Part shown: in pieces, positions 1-10,595 of the stretch
Layout of the letters: every line of letters starts with the position of its first letter
Position numbering within the stretch: the stretch's first letter is position 1
NCBI GenBank assembly: GCA_963778415.1
Contig: CAVZUI010000002.1
Span: forward strand, 585,663-649,662
DNA: 64,000 nt
Direction: 5' to 3'
Source of the DNA: an uncultured Acidimicrobiales bacterium
GTDB lineage: Bacteria > Actinomycetota > Acidimicrobiia > Acidimicrobiales > VFJN01
Translations under genes and position numbers: made by a program
Notes under the pieces: generated by a model
What the model was told of the DNA's origin: nothing
What the model saw: the letters and a program-made list of their open reading frames with translations, nothing else
Databases searched by the model: none

Positions 1-46
1 CTTCCTGCGGGTCGACGCCTGGAACCCGTAGGGCGCGACCGCGCCT

Positions 47-2838
47 TCAGCCGCTGTTGCGCAGGGCGGTGGCCAGCCCGTTGATCGTGAGCTGGATGCC
101 GCGCTTGGTCAGCTCGTGGTGGTCGCCCGACCGCCAGCGCCGCAACAGCTCGACCTGCAGGTGGTTGAGCGCGTCGACGTAGGGGAACCGGTGGCGCAGG
201 CTGCGGGTCATCGCCGGGTTGTCGGCCAGCAGGGTCGGCCGCCCGGTCACGGCCAGCACCATCGCCACCGACCGCTCGTGCTCGGCCACGATCACGTCGA
301 GCACCCGGTCGCGGAGCTCGGGGTCGGTGACGAGGCCGGCGTAGCGCCGGGCGATGCTGAGGTCGGACTTGGCCAGCACCATGTCCATGTTCGACATCAC
401 CGTGCGGAGGAACGGCCACCGGTCGTGCAGGTCGCGCAGCCGGGCCAGGCGGTCCGCGTCGTCGCCGACCCAGTCGGCCAGGGCGGTGCCGGTGCCGTAC
501 CAGCCGGGCAGCATGATGCGCGACTGCGACCACGAGAAGACCCAGGGATCGCCCGCAGGTCCTCGATGCGGCCGGACGCGGTGCGCGAGGCGGGGCGGCT
601 GCCGAGGTTGAGCTCGGCGATCTCGGTGAGCGGCGTCGCCTCGCGGAACCACGTCGCGAACCCGGGGGTCTCGTACACGAGGGCTCGGTAGGCGCGCCGG
701 GCGGAGTCGGCGAGCTCGTCCATCAGGGCGTACGCGGCGGGGGCGTCGTCGCCGAGGCCCTCGACGTCGAGCAGGCTCGACTCGAGCGTGGCCGCCACCA
801 GCGACTCGAGGTTCCGCCGGGCCATCTCGGGGTCGGCGTACTTGGCCGCCCGGACCTCCCCCTGCTCGGTCAGGCGCAGCGAGCCGCGCACGCTGCCCTG
901 GGGCTGGGCGAGGATCGCCTCGTAGCTCGGTCCGCCGCCCCGGCCCACGGTGCCGCCCCGCCCGTGGAACAGCCGCAGGCGCACGCCGGCGGCCCGGAAC
1001 ACCTCGACGAGGTCGACCTCGGCCCGGTAGAGCGCCCAGTTGGCCGCCAGGTACCCGCCGTCCTTGTTCGAGTCGGAGTACCCGAGCATCACCTCCTGCA
1101 CGTCGCCACGCGAGCGCAGCAGGGCGCGGTAGCGGGGGAGCGCGAGGAGCTCGGCCATGGTCGCCCCGGCGCCGCGCAGGTCGTCGATGGTCTCGAACAG
1201 GGGCACGATGCCGGGCCGCAGGTCGGCCTGGTCACCGGCGTGCACGAGGCCGGCCTCCTTCAGCAGGAGCGCCACCTCGAGCACGTCGCTGACGGACTCG
1301 CACCGGGAGATCACGTAGTTGGGCACGGCTTCGGGCCCGAGGTCCGCGATGGCGCCCGCCGCCGCCCGCACGACCGCGAGCTCGTCGCCGGTGCGAGGGT
1401 CGAGGGTCGCGTCGGCGGCGACGAGGGGTCGGCGGGTGCGCAGCTCGGACGCCAGGGTCTCGACCCGCTCGGGCTCGTCGAGCGCGAGGTAGTCGGCCGT
1501 GACGCCCGCCCAGCGCAGCAGATCGGCGACGACGTGCTCGTGCACCGCCGCGTTCTGGCGGAGGTCGAGGCCCGCGAGGTGGAAGCCGAACACGTCGACC
1601 GTGCGGCGCAGCCGGGCCAGGCGATCGTCGGCCAGCGCCGCGGCGCCGTGGCCGCGCAGGGACGTGTCGACGGCGTCGAGATCGGCGCGCAGGTCGGCCG
1701 GCGAGCCGTAGGGCGGCAGGTCGGCGTGGGGTCGGTGGACGCCGGGCACGTCGCCGAGGACACGCGCCGCGGTCGCCGCCACGCGGGCGTGGATGCCCTG
1801 CAGCGCCTGCCGGTAGGGCTCGTCGGCGCTGAAGGTCGACGGTGCGGCGGCCTGGGCCAGGGCCAGCAGCGCGGGCGTCGGTCGGACGAGCCGGATCGAC
1901 ATCGACAGCTCGACGCCGAGGCGGTCGATCTCCTCGAGGTAGTGCCGCAGCGCGGTGGCGGCGTGGCGGTGGACGGCGAGCTCGAGCGACGCGGCGTCGA
2001 CGGAGGGGTTGCCGTCGCGGTCACCGCCGATCCACGACCCGGGCCGCAGGAGCGGCCGGGGGAGCAGGTCGCAGTCGGGCCAGCGGGCCTGCAGCGCCTG
2101 TCGCACCCCGTGGTCGAGGTCGGGGACGACCTCGAACAGCGACAGGTCGTAGTACTGCAGCCCCTCGGTGATCTCGTCGGACAGGCGCAGCCGCTGCAGC
2201 CGCAGCAGCGCCGTCTGCCACAGGGTCAGCACCGTCCGCCACAGCGCACGGTCCCACTCGGCCCGCTCACTCGGGTCGAGGTCGGTGCGGTCGCGGCGGT
2301 GGACGAGCTCGAGGACCCGCCGCTGGACCTCGAACACCGTCTTCCGCCGCACCTCGGTGGGGTGGGCGGTCATCACGGGGCTCACGAGGGCGTCGCGGAG
2401 CGCCTCCTCGACCGCGCCCCCGTCCACGGGGGAGGCGTCGATCCGGGCGAGGGCGGCGGCGACGGTCCCGGGCGGCGGGGGGAGGCCGGCGAGCCGGTGG
2501 CGACGGGCGCGGCGGTCCTCGTCGAGGTCCTCGGCCAGGTTCGCGAGCAGCGAGAAGTGGCTGAAGGCCCGCACGACGTGCAGCGCATCGCGGTGGTCGA
2601 GCGCCCCGAGGTGGGCGATCAGGGCGTGGGCGTCCCCGCCCTCGCGGCGCAGGCGCAGGGCCTCGACCCGGGTCCGCTCGACGAGGCCGAAGACGGCCTC
2701 GCCCGCCTGGTCGCGGATGACGTCACCGAGCACGCGCCCGAGCAGCCGGATGTCGGAGCGGAGCTCGTCGTTCGCGTCGGTCGCCGCCGCGGCGTGCTCC
2801 GCGACGGAGGCACCCCCACGCGGGGAGACGTCGACCAT
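47..2838 (-). pseudogene. ppc: Phosphoenolpyruvate carboxylase, one frameshift near 545-547
   Basis: The 813-aa ORF 397..2838 carries TAHPTEVRRKTV and [13 protein letters not shown] 47..652 carries [17 protein letters not shown] and the canonical tail [14 protein letters not shown]. The frames join at RAIP|WVFSW, where one base is missing from a short C run (minus strand). Confidence 0.9.
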
Positions 2839-2972
2839 GCGGGCAGTATCCCGGGTCGCGGTCGCGATCGGAACCGGGGGCGGCCGGCGTTCTCACGCGG
2901 TTCACGCTCCGGCCGGAGCGCAGCCCGGCGCGGGAATGGCCGCCCGGCGATGCGCGCTCGTAGCCTTGCCTC

Positions 2973-3790
2973 GTGGCCAAGGCCCGCTTCCTCCTGCGTC
3001 CCCGGTGGCTGCTGTCGCACCTGCTCGTGGTGCTGCTCGTCGTCACGATGGTGGCCTTGGGGTTCTGGCAGCTCCGCCGGCTCGACGAGAAGCGCGAGCG
3101 CAACGCGCTCATCGAGTCCCGCATGGAGCAGCCGATCGTGCCGGTCGAGGACGTCCTCGACCCGGCGGGCGACAGCGGCGTCGGCGACGCCCGGTTCCGC
3201 CAGGTCACGGCCACGGGAACCTACGACGACGACGCCACCGTGGTCGTCCGCAACCGCAGCCAGGACGGTGTGGCCGGGGCGTGGCTGGTCACGCCGCTGG
3301 CGCTGGCCGACGGCACGCAGGTGGGGGTGCTCCGGGGGTTCGTCGCCATCGGCGCCGACAACGAGGCGGACCCGGCGGCGGCGCCCGACGGCGAGGTGAC
3401 GGTCGAGGGCCTGGTCGTCGACCCGGGCAGCTTCGACGGCACCGCCCCGAAGGACCTCGAGGGCCTGCTCGCCGAGGAGGACACCCTCCCGGGCCTCGTG
3501 CTGGCGGAGACGTCGACCCCGCCCGAGCCCGACGGGGCGTCGCCCGACGCCTTCGAGACCGGCTCGATCGTGGTGGTGCCCCCGCCCGAGCTGTCCGAGG
3601 GCCCGCACCTCGGGTACGCGGTGCAGTGGTTCATCTTCTCGACGATCGCGGTCGTCGGGTACCCGATCGTTCTGCGCCGGGTCGTGATCCGGCGGGGCAA
3701 GGAGGTCGACGACGACCCGGCGGACGCGACCCGCCCGGCGGCGACGCCCTCGACGCAGAGCTGGACGAGCTGTTGCGCCAGGGGGGCTGA
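2973..3790 (+). CDS. SURF1-like cytochrome oxidase assembly protein (3' end uncertain)
   Basis: GTG start. N-terminal TM followed by GFWQLRRLDEKRERN, and a C-terminal TM with GPHLGYAVQWFIFS. The open frame runs on to 3980 through the next gene. An alternative frame ends ...DALDAELDELLRQGG-stop at 3790. Confidence 0.6.
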
Positions 3791-4387
3791 GCCGTCGCCG
3801 CTCCCGACGAGGCCGGCGCGGCCCGGCGGCGCGTCATCGACGCGGCCTACACGTGCATCGAGCGCGCCGGGATCGGGTCGACCACGGTCGAGGACATCGC
3901 CCGCGAGGCCGGCGTCAGCCGGGCCACGGTGTACCGGTGGTTCCCCGGGGGCCGCGACGAGCTCGTGTCCGCGGCGGTGACGCGTGCCGTGGTCGACTTC
4001 TTCGCCGCGCTCGACGACGAGATCGGCGAGCCCGTCGACGTGGCCACGCTGCTGGAGCAGGGGCTCCTCGCCGGACACCGCCGGCTCGGCGACCACGCCG
4101 CCCTGCAGCGGGCGCTGCGGGACGAGGCCGATCAGATCGTGCCGCAGCTGGCCTCGGTGATGCCGATGGTGATCGAGCTGCTGCGGGCCGAGCTGGTGCG
4201 GAGGCTGCGGCGCGAGCGCCTGCGTCCGGGGGTCGAGCCGGCCGAGGCCGCCGACCTGCTGGCCCGCATGACCCTGTCGTGGATGGGCGCCCAGGGATCG
4301 TGGGACCTGGACGATCCGGCCGCCGTCCGCCGCCTGGTGCGGGATCAGCTGCTGGCGGGGGTGCTGGCGGAGGCGCCCGGCGACTGA
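3791..4387 (+). CDS. TetR family transcriptional regulator (5' end unresolved)
   Basis: HTH TVEDIAREAGVSRATVYRWFPGGRDELV. The frame is open only from 3791 (in-frame TGA at 3788-3790). It has no ATG/GTG/TTG before the HTH, so the start is damaged or miscalled. Confidence 0.7.
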   Translation, partial: AVAAPDEAGAARRRVIDAAYTCIERAGIGSTTVEDIAREAGVSRATVYRWFPGGRDELVSAAVTRAVVDFFAALDDEIGEPVDVATLLEQGLLAGHRRLGDHAALQRALRDEADQIVPQLASVMPMVIELLRAELVRRLRRERLRPGVEPAEAADLLARMTLSWMGAQGSWDLDDPAAVRRLVRDQLLAGVLAEAPGD

Positions 4388-4456
4388 GCAGCCGGGGCCA
4401 GGCCCGCCGACCAGGACTTCTGGACGGTGAGACGAATTCGTGCCTAGTGTCTCGGC

Positions 4457-5104
4457 GTGACCTCGGGCACCGCGACACCCGCCGTAGAGATCGGCGCGTG
4501 GGCCGACTGCGCCGTCGGCGACGCCGCCGACCGCCCCCTGATCCATGCCGCGGCTCGCTGCGTCGCCCGTTGGGGCATCCGCAAGACGTCGCTCGACGAC
4601 ATCGCCCGCGAGGCCGGCGTCAGCCGGGCCACCGTCTACCGCGTGTTCCCGGGCGGGAAGGACCGCGTCGTCGAGGTCCTGTTCCAGCATCGGGCCGGTG
4701 TGCTGTTCCACGAGTGGAGCGTCGAGCTGCAGGCGGCGGAGACGCTCGAGGACCTCCTGGTCGTGGGCGTCGGCGCGGCCCTGCCGGCTCCCGCTGGACG
4801 ACGAGCTCGTCCGGTCGTCCTCGCCCACGAGCCCGAGCTCGTCGTGCCCCACTTCGCCTTCGACCGGCTCGACCGCGTGTTCGCCGTGACCGACGCCCTG
4901 TGCCGCCCGCACCTGGCCCGCTTCCTGCCCGAGGGGCAGATCCGAGGCGCGTCCGAGCTCCTGGCGCGCATCGTCGTCAGCCTCGCCTTCCGGCCCGCCC
5001 CGTGGGTCGACCCGCACGACCCCGACTCCGTCCGCCGTCTCGTCCGCACGTACCTCGTGCCGGCCCTGTCCCCCGACGCACCCTCGCCCCAGGAGAACCC
5101 ATGA
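4457..5104 (+). CDS. TetR family transcriptional regulator (paralogue of the preceding gene)
   Basis: HTH SLDDIAREAGVSRATVYRVFPGGKDRVV, nearly identical to the upstream TetR. The stop overlaps the next start (ATGA). A compensating pair of indels around 4790-4815 is possible: another frame reads LPLDDELVR, which aligns better to the paralogue. Confidence 0.75.
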   Translation: MTSGTATPAVEIGAWADCAVGDAADRPLIHAAARCVARWGIRKTSLDDIAREAGVSRATVYRVFPGGKDRVVEVLFQHRAGVLFHEWSVELQAAETLEDLLVVGVGAALPAPAGRRARPVVLAHEPELVVPHFAFDRLDRVFAVTDALCRPHLARFLPEGQIRGASELLARIVVSLAFRPAPWVDPHDPDSVRRLVRTYLVPALSPDAPSPQENP

Positions 5105-6233
5105 GCGCCACGAACGAAGAGCTGATCGGCCGCGCCGACGTCAACGACCTCGAGGCGATCCTCGCGGTCACCAACACCGACGTCGACGAGGTCATCCACA
5201 CGGTGCAGGACAACGCCGACGCCATCTTCACGTGGGACTACGAGAAGGGGTCGCGCCCGGCCCTCAACCGGCTGTACGAGAAGGCGAAGACGTCGCAGTG
5301 GAACGGCGAGACCGACCTGCCCTGGGACACCGAGGTCGACCAGGAGGCCGTGGTCATGGCCAACGCCAGCGCCAACATGGGTGGCCTGGCCGGTGGGATC
5401 GACCCGTCGGTGATCGCCGACTCACCCTTCGCGACGTGGGGCGAGAAGGAGTGGCTCCAGGTCGGCGTCGAGAGCCAGAACTGGACGCTCAGCCAGTTCA
5501 TGCACGGCGAGCAGGGCGCGCTCGTCTGCACGGCCAAGATCGTCGAGACGGTGCCGTGGATCGACGCCAAGTACTACGCGTCGACCCAGGTGATGGACGA
5601 GGCCCGCCACGTCGAGGTCTTCGCCAAGTACCTCGACGACAAGCTCTCGGGGCACTACCCGATCAACGCCCACCTGCGGCTGCTGCTCGACGACATCGTC
5701 ACCGACAGCCGCTGGGACATGACCTACCTCGGCATGCAGATCATGGTCGAGGGCCTGGCGCTGGCCGCCTTCGGGTTCATGCACCAGCTCACGACCGAGC
5801 CGCTGCTCAAGCAGCTGCTCCGCTACGTGATGAGCGACGAGGCCCGCCACGTGGCGTTCGGCGTGCTGTCGCTGAAGGAGTACTACGCCGAGCTCAGCGA
5901 CGCCGAGCTGGCGCGAGCGCCAGGAGTTCGCCTTCGAGGCCGCCGTCCGCATGCGCGACCGGTTCCTCCAGCAGGAGGTGTGGGAGCGCATGGGCCTCGA
6001 CGTCGAAGGCGGTCATGCCGCTCGTGATGAACTCGCCGCAGCGGCAGCTGTTCCAGTCGATGCTGTTCAGCAAGATCGTGCCCAACTGCAAGAAGCTCGG
6101 GCTGCTCGACGCCAACGACGGCTGGCTGCGCACCAAGTTCACCGAGCTCGGCGTCATCCAGTTCGAGGACAACCCCGACACCGGCGAGGAGTACTCGATG
6201 TTCCAGCTCGCCCAGGGCGAGATCGCCGGCTGA
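5101..6233 (+). pseudogene. Ferritin-like diiron oxygenase (AurF-like), two frameshifts (~5911-5915, ~6006-6010)
   Basis: Diiron ligand pattern HGEQGA, MDEARHVEVF, MVEGLA, SDEARHVAFG (E..ExxH..E..ExxH). N-terminal LYEKAKTSQWNGETDLPWD resembles the AurF family. The protein continues through three frames: ...SDAELA | EFAFEAAVRMRDRFLQQEVWERMGLDVE | AVMPLVMNSPQRQLF...GEIAG. Confidence 0.7.
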
Positions 6234-6255
6234 GGGAGCGTTAGCCTCGCCGGTC

Positions 6256-6897
6256 GTGGACGGCATCCATGACATGGGTGGGATGCACGGGTTCGGTCCG
6301 GTCGAGCCCGAGGCCGACGAGCCCGTCTTCCACGCGCCCTGGGAGGCCCGCACCCTCGGCCTGATGATCGCCACCGGGGCCCGAGGGCTGCGCACCGGGT
6401 CGATCCGCCCCGCCATCGAGCAGATCGACCCCGCCACCTACCTGGCGTCGAGCTACTACGAGCGGTGGGCCCGCGCCGTCGAGGCCCTGGTCGTGGCCGG
6501 CGGCAGCCTCACGCACGCCGAGGTCGACGAGCGGGCCGCGTCGGGTGGCGCCGAGTCGGTGCGCTCCGAGGCGACCGACCCCGATCTCGTGGCCGCGCTG
6601 CCGGCGTTCCTCGATGCGCCGCAGGAGCGGTCGGGCGACCCCGTCCCGGCGCGATTCGCGGTCGGGGACCGCGTCACGGTCGACCGCATGGCCCCGACGG
6701 CGCACCATCGCTGCCCGCGCTACGTGCGGGGCGTCACCGGCGAGGTCGTGCGCGTCCCCGGCGGGTGGCCACCACCGGGGGAGGAGGGCGACGCCGAGGC
6801 GACCTACACGGTGCGCTTCGCCATGCGCGACCTGTGGGGCGACGACGCCGAGCCGGGCTCCCTGTTCATCGACCTGTGGGAGCGGTACCTGACGTGA
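6256..6897 (+). CDS. nthB: Nitrile hydratase beta subunit
   Basis: N-terminus [16 protein letters not shown] and [13 protein letters not shown] are typical of the NHase beta subunit. GTGA overlap with the alpha subunit gene. Confidence 0.9.
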   Translation: MDGIHDMGGMHGFGPVEPEADEPVFHAPWEARTLGLMIATGARGLRTGSIRPAIEQIDPATYLASSYYERWARAVEALVVAGGSLTHAEVDERAASGGAESVRSEATDPDLVAALPAFLDAPQERSGDPVPARFAVGDRVTVDRMAPTAHHRCPRYVRGVTGEVVRVPGGWPPPGEEGDAEATYTVRFAMRDLWGDDAEPGSLFIDLWERYLT

Positions 6898-7484
6898 CCG
6901 AGGCCGGGCACCACGCGTCCGAACCGTCGCCGATCGAGCGGCGGGTGGCCGCTCTCGAATCGCTGCTCGTCGAGCGCGGGCTCATCACCTCCGACGTCGT
7001 CGACGCGGTGGTCGAGACGTACGAGCGCGACGTCGGTCCCCTCAACGGCGCCCGCGTCGTCGCCCGAGCGTGGACCGACCCGGCGTATCGAGCGAGGCTG
7101 CTCGCCGACGGCACCCGGGCGATCGGCGAGCTCGGCTTCGGGGGAGCCGAGGGTGAGCACCTCGTCGCGCTCGAGAACACGCCCACGGTGCACAACCTGG
7201 TCGTGTGCACGCTGTGCTCGTGCTACCCGTGGCCGGTGCTGGGCCTGCCGCCCGTCTGGTACAAGAGCTTCGCCTACCGGGCGCGGGCCGTGCGCGAGCC
7301 GCGGGCGGTGATGGCCGAGTTCGGGACCGTCGTGCCCGACGACGTCGAGGTGCGGGTGTGGGACTCGAGCGCCGAGGTGCGCTACATGGTGCTGCCGCTG
7401 CGCCCGCCGGGCACCGACGACCTCGGCGAAGACGCCCTCGTGCCGCTCGTGACCCGTGACCACATGATCGGGGTCGTGCGATGA
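6894..7484 (+). CDS. nthA: Nitrile hydratase alpha subunit, cobalt type
   Basis: Metal-site motif [10 protein letters not shown]. Thr in C-T-L-C-S-C marks the Co type; the Fe type has C-S-L-C-S-C. The beta-alpha-activator gene order is typical of Co-type enzymes. Confidence 0.92.
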   Translation: MTEAGHHASEPSPIERRVAALESLLVERGLITSDVVDAVVETYERDVGPLNGARVVARAWTDPAYRARLLADGTRAIGELGFGGAEGEHLVALENTPTVHNLVVCTLCSCYPWPVLGLPPVWYKSFAYRARAVREPRAVMAEFGTVVPDDVEVRVWDSSAEVRYMVLPLRPPGTDDLGEDALVPLVTRDHMIGVVR

Positions 7485-7750
7485 GCTCCGGGCTGATCGG
7501 CAGCGGGCCCGACGGGGTGCTCGACGGCATCCCCGAGGGCGTGCCCCGCCACAACGGCGAGCTGGTCTTCGCCGAGCCGTGGGAGGGCCGGGCGTTCGGC
7601 CTGGCCGCGGCGTACGTCGACGCCACCGGCGTCGGCTGGGCTGGGTTCCGCGCCCACCTCGTGGCCGCCATCGCCGACCTCCCCGCCGGCACGCCGTACT
7701 ACGAGGCGTGGGTCGAGGCGCTCGAGCGCCTGGTGGCCGCACCCGCCTGA
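7481..7750 (+). CDS. Nitrile hydratase accessory (activator/metallochaperone) protein
   Basis: An 89-aa beta-subunit-like peptide, [20 protein letters not shown] overlap with nthA. Confidence 0.8.
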   Translation: MSSGLIGSGPDGVLDGIPEGVPRHNGELVFAEPWEGRAFGLAAAYVDATGVGWAGFRAHLVAAIADLPAGTPYYEAWVEALERLVAAPA

Positions 7751-7831
7751 CGGCCGTGCTGCTCCGGGTCGATCATCCCGAGGAGCTGACCAAGCCGGCG
7801 CCCCGACTGTCCAGGCCCGCGCGACGGTCGG

Positions 7832-9166
7832 TCAGTTCCAGGTGAAGGTGTCGGCGGTGAGCCGTTCGGCGAGCGGCGGTCTGTAGGCCGACGCTGGTGG
7901 GGGTGGGCCGTCCCTCGGTGGCCGGGTACCCGGAGGTGGGAGGCCGGGCGGGGCGATGGGTCGGCCGAAGCGGTCGAGGAAGCGGAGGGTGCCGGCTTCA
8001 GGGTTGCCCTCGATGGAGAACTCGTCGTGGTGGAGCGCCCGGTGGTGGGACGGGCACAGCAACACGAGGTTGTGGGGCTCGGTCAGGCCTCCGTGTTCCC
8101 AGAAGACCAGGTGGTGGGCGTGGAGCCAGAGTCGTTGGGTGCACAGGGGATGGGTGCAGCCCTGGTCGCGGCGGGCGAGGTAGCGGCGCATCGCCCGGTT
8201 GGGGGTGCGGTGGCTGGGGTGGATGCCGATCAGCTGGCCGAGCCGGTAGGCCATGACCTGGACCTGGGCGTCGCAGCACAGGTAGCGGGCGACCGAATCG
8301 GGCACCACCGGGCCGTTCTCCAACTGGGCGGGGCCGACGCTGCCGTCGGGGTCGACATCGATGTGCACCACCACGGTGTTGCGTTCGCCGCGCTCGCCGG
8401 TGCGTCGAAAGGTGGGATCGAGGGCGTCGGCGGCTTCCGATGCCATGCGCACCAGCCCGTCGGCCCACGACACCGAGCGGGCGCCGTCGGCCGCGGCCTC
8501 GGGGCCCGCGCCGCTGATGTTGCCGTCGTCGGCGGGGTCGGGGTCGGGGAGGTCGTTGCGGTCGCGGAACTCGGCGTCGCGGGCGGTGGCGAGGCCCAGC
8601 CGCACGAGGGCGCCTTCGTCGGCCGGGAGGCAGAACCGGCCCCGCAGCCAGCCGTCGCGGCCGTCGTGCATGTGCAGCACTCGCTCGGGCCCGGGAGTCG
8701 GGGGCCCGTCGGAGCCGTCGGGTTGTTCGGGCAGCGAGCGCAGCAGGCGGTCGAGCTGGGCGATCAACAACGTCGGTGCCAGAGCGGCGACCTCGCCGTC
8801 ACGCGACGGCGGCACGCGGCGGGCGATGCGGACCATGGCGTCCTCGCCCAGGCGCCCGGCCTCGAACAGCGCCCAGCAGGCCGGCAGCTCGCGGGCGCGG
8901 CGGGCGATGGTCACCAGACCTTCGGCCCGGGGCCGGGACACACCGGCCTTCCAGCACAGCCAGTGCTCGGGGGAGCGGATGCCGACGCCTTCCCACCCGC
9001 CGCTGTCCAGCAGCACCTGCACCGCCGCCACCAGCCGGGCCACCGCCACGTTGACCGTGCCCATGACGTCGACGGCCTCTGACTCCGCGAAGTGCCACGC
9101 CGCTTCCTGTGGTGACGGGCCTGCGCCGGCGGGCGGCGGGGCGGTTGGTTCGGCCAGGACGGGCAT
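7832..9166 (-). CDS. DUF222 / HNH endonuclease (REP13E12-like family)
   Basis: C-terminal HNH motif: CTHPLCTQRLWLHAHHLVFWEHGG..HNLVLLCPSHHRALH. The N-terminal DUF222-like region has GIRSPEHWLCWKAGVS. The ATG at 9166 (MPVLAEP) sits 7 nt after a -10-like hexamer. The part of the 602-aa ORF upstream of this does not look coding. Confidence 0.8.
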   Translation of the reverse strand: MPVLAEPTAPPPAGAGPSPQEAAWHFAESEAVDVMGTVNVAVARLVAAVQVLLDSGGWEGVGIRSPEHWLCWKAGVSRPRAEGLVTIARRARELPACWALFEAGRLGEDAMVRIARRVPPSRDGEVAALAPTLLIAQLDRLLRSLPEQPDGSDGPPTPGPERVLHMHDGRDGWLRGRFCLPADEGALVRLGLATARDAEFRDRNDLPDPDPADDGNISGAGPEAAADGARSVSWADGLVRMASEAADALDPTFRRTGERGERNTVVVHIDVDPDGSVGPAQLENGPVVPDSVARYLCCDAQVQVMAYRLGQLIGIHPSHRTPNRAMRRYLARRDQGCTHPLCTQRLWLHAHHLVFWEHGGLTEPHNLVLLCPSHHRALHHDEFSIEGNPEAGTLRFLDRFGRPIAPPGLPPPGTRPPRDGPPPPASAYRPPLAERLTADTFTWN

Positions 9167-9173
9167 GGCTCCA

Positions 9174-9199
9174 ACCGTACTCAGGGGGTGTGACACTTT
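9174..9199 (-). promoter_or_regulatory. RecA-NDp-like promoter (AAAGTGTCACACCCC-N-TACGGT) of the HNH gene
   Basis: The minus strand reads AAAGTGTCACACCCCCTGAGTACGGTtggagccATG. The core TGTCACAC, 8 nt, then TACGGT; the ATG is 7 nt further on. The same 15-mer occurs at recA and the LysM gene. Confidence 0.6.
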
Positions 9200-9669
9200 A
9201 CGGGGTGCAGTGGAAACGGCGGGAAACATTCCTGGTGCACCTCGAGGCGGGAGCGGTGCGACCGGCCCGCGCGTCGCCGTACGATCGCGCGCAGCGCGGT
9301 CGCATCGCGTCCGCCCCTCGATCGTGATCCGCCGGCTCGACTGCGCGCTCGCCGCCACTGACGACGACGACAGCATCGAGCGGTCCGAGCAGAGCGCCAA
9401 CCAGGATGCCCAACGCGGGCGGTGGATGGGCCCGCAGGCCGACAGGGACGGCTCTCGGCAGGGGCGCACGACGCGACGCTCGCCAGGCGCAAGACCAGCG
9501 ACAGAGCCGAGACCCGACCGCGAGTGGTCGACCCGAGGGAAACGACCTGGGCGCAGCCGGTCGCTCACCTCGCTGGCCGACGCCGCGAACGGCGGGGACC
9601 TGCGTGTTCGTGCGATGCTGTCGGACACGCGGGCGGCCACCCCCGGCTGCTCGCCACCCGTGAGGTGAC

Positions 9670-10518
9670 GTGATCTCTCCCCGCATCGCGCTCGCGACGT
9701 CGGCCGACCACCCCGAGGGGCTCGGCGGCGAGGCCTTGCTGGTCAAGGCGTTGCTGACCCGCGACGCCCGCCCTGAATGGGTCGTGTGGAACGACCCCGC
9801 CGTCGACTGGACCGAGTATGCGCTGATCGTCCTGCGGTGCACGTGGGACTACCCCGACCACGTCGACGACTTCCGGGCGTGGGTGCAGTCGCCGGCGGTG
9901 GCGACCCGCCTGGTCAACACCCCCACGCTGGTGCTCGGCAACCTCCACAAGGGGTACCTCGCCGACCTGGGCGAGCTGGCGGTGCCGACCGTCGTGGTGC
10001 CCGCGGGCATGACGCTCGACCTCACCCGCATGCGGTGGCCGTCGTCGGTGGTCAAGCCCGCGGTCGGCGTCGGTGGCGTCGGGGCCGTGCGCGAGGCGGG
10101 ACAGGCCGACCTCGACGCGCTCACGCTGGCCGCCACCGACCCCGTGGACGCCGTCGTGCAGCCCTACCTGTGGGACGTCGAGCACCGGGGGGAGATCTCG
10201 GTCATCAGCATCGGCCGGGTCATGACGCACGCGGTGCAGAAGCTGCCCGCGGCCGGCGAGTTCCGCATCCACGACCACTGGGGCGGGACGGCCGAGCTGG
10301 TCGAGCCCGAGCCGGCCGTCGTCGAGCTCGCACACAGCACGCTCGACACGCTGCGCAGCACGCCGCTCTACTCGCGCGTGGACGTGCTGTTCGACCGCGA
10401 CGGGCCGCGCGTCGTGGAGCTCGAGCTCGTCGAGCCGTACCTCTACCTCGAGATGGCGCCCGAGGCGGCCGAGCGGTTGGCCGGCGAGATCGTGCACCGG
10501 GCGGGGGAGCGCAGCTGA
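9670..10518 (+). CDS. ATP-grasp domain protein (RimK/glutathione-synthetase-like)
   Basis: 282-aa ORF with a GTG start. It has an ATP-grasp-like layout (VVKPAVGVGGVGAV, later ELELVEPYLYLE). The assignment is by general resemblance only. Confidence 0.55.
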   Translation: MISPRIALATSADHPEGLGGEALLVKALLTRDARPEWVVWNDPAVDWTEYALIVLRCTWDYPDHVDDFRAWVQSPAVATRLVNTPTLVLGNLHKGYLADLGELAVPTVVVPAGMTLDLTRMRWPSSVVKPAVGVGGVGAVREAGQADLDALTLAATDPVDAVVQPYLWDVEHRGEISVISIGRVMTHAVQKLPAAGEFRIHDHWGGTAELVEPEPAVVELAHSTLDTLRSTPLYSRVDVLFDRDGPRVVELELVEPYLYLEMAPEAAERLAGEIVHRAGERS

Positions 10519-10595
10519 CGGGGGCACGGCCGAGCGTGGGCGGCCCGTCGTTTCGGGGCGCGGCCCGCGCCAGGTGCCGCGGTACCCTTCGCCCG

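Noticed and set aside
964-3399. 811-aa ORF antisense to ppc, and similar giants such as 3221..5017(-), 17748..19844(-), 33711..36164(-) and 36323..37783(-)
   Set aside because: They are Arg/Gly/Pro/Ala-rich low-complexity translations with no recognisable motifs, lying opposite well-supported genes. These are the expected stop-codon-poor shadow ORFs of a very GC-rich genome.
3853-6027. 724-aa plus-strand ORF
   Set aside because: The first ~1.2 kb is an Arg-rich alternative frame across the two TetR genes. Only the part from ATG 5101 (the diiron protein) is genuine.
7832-9640. The HNH/DUF222 gene as a bounded mobile element
   Set aside because: I saw no flanking inverted or direct repeats and no integrase or transposase, and the GC content is like its surroundings. 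Only its accessory character is retained as an observation.
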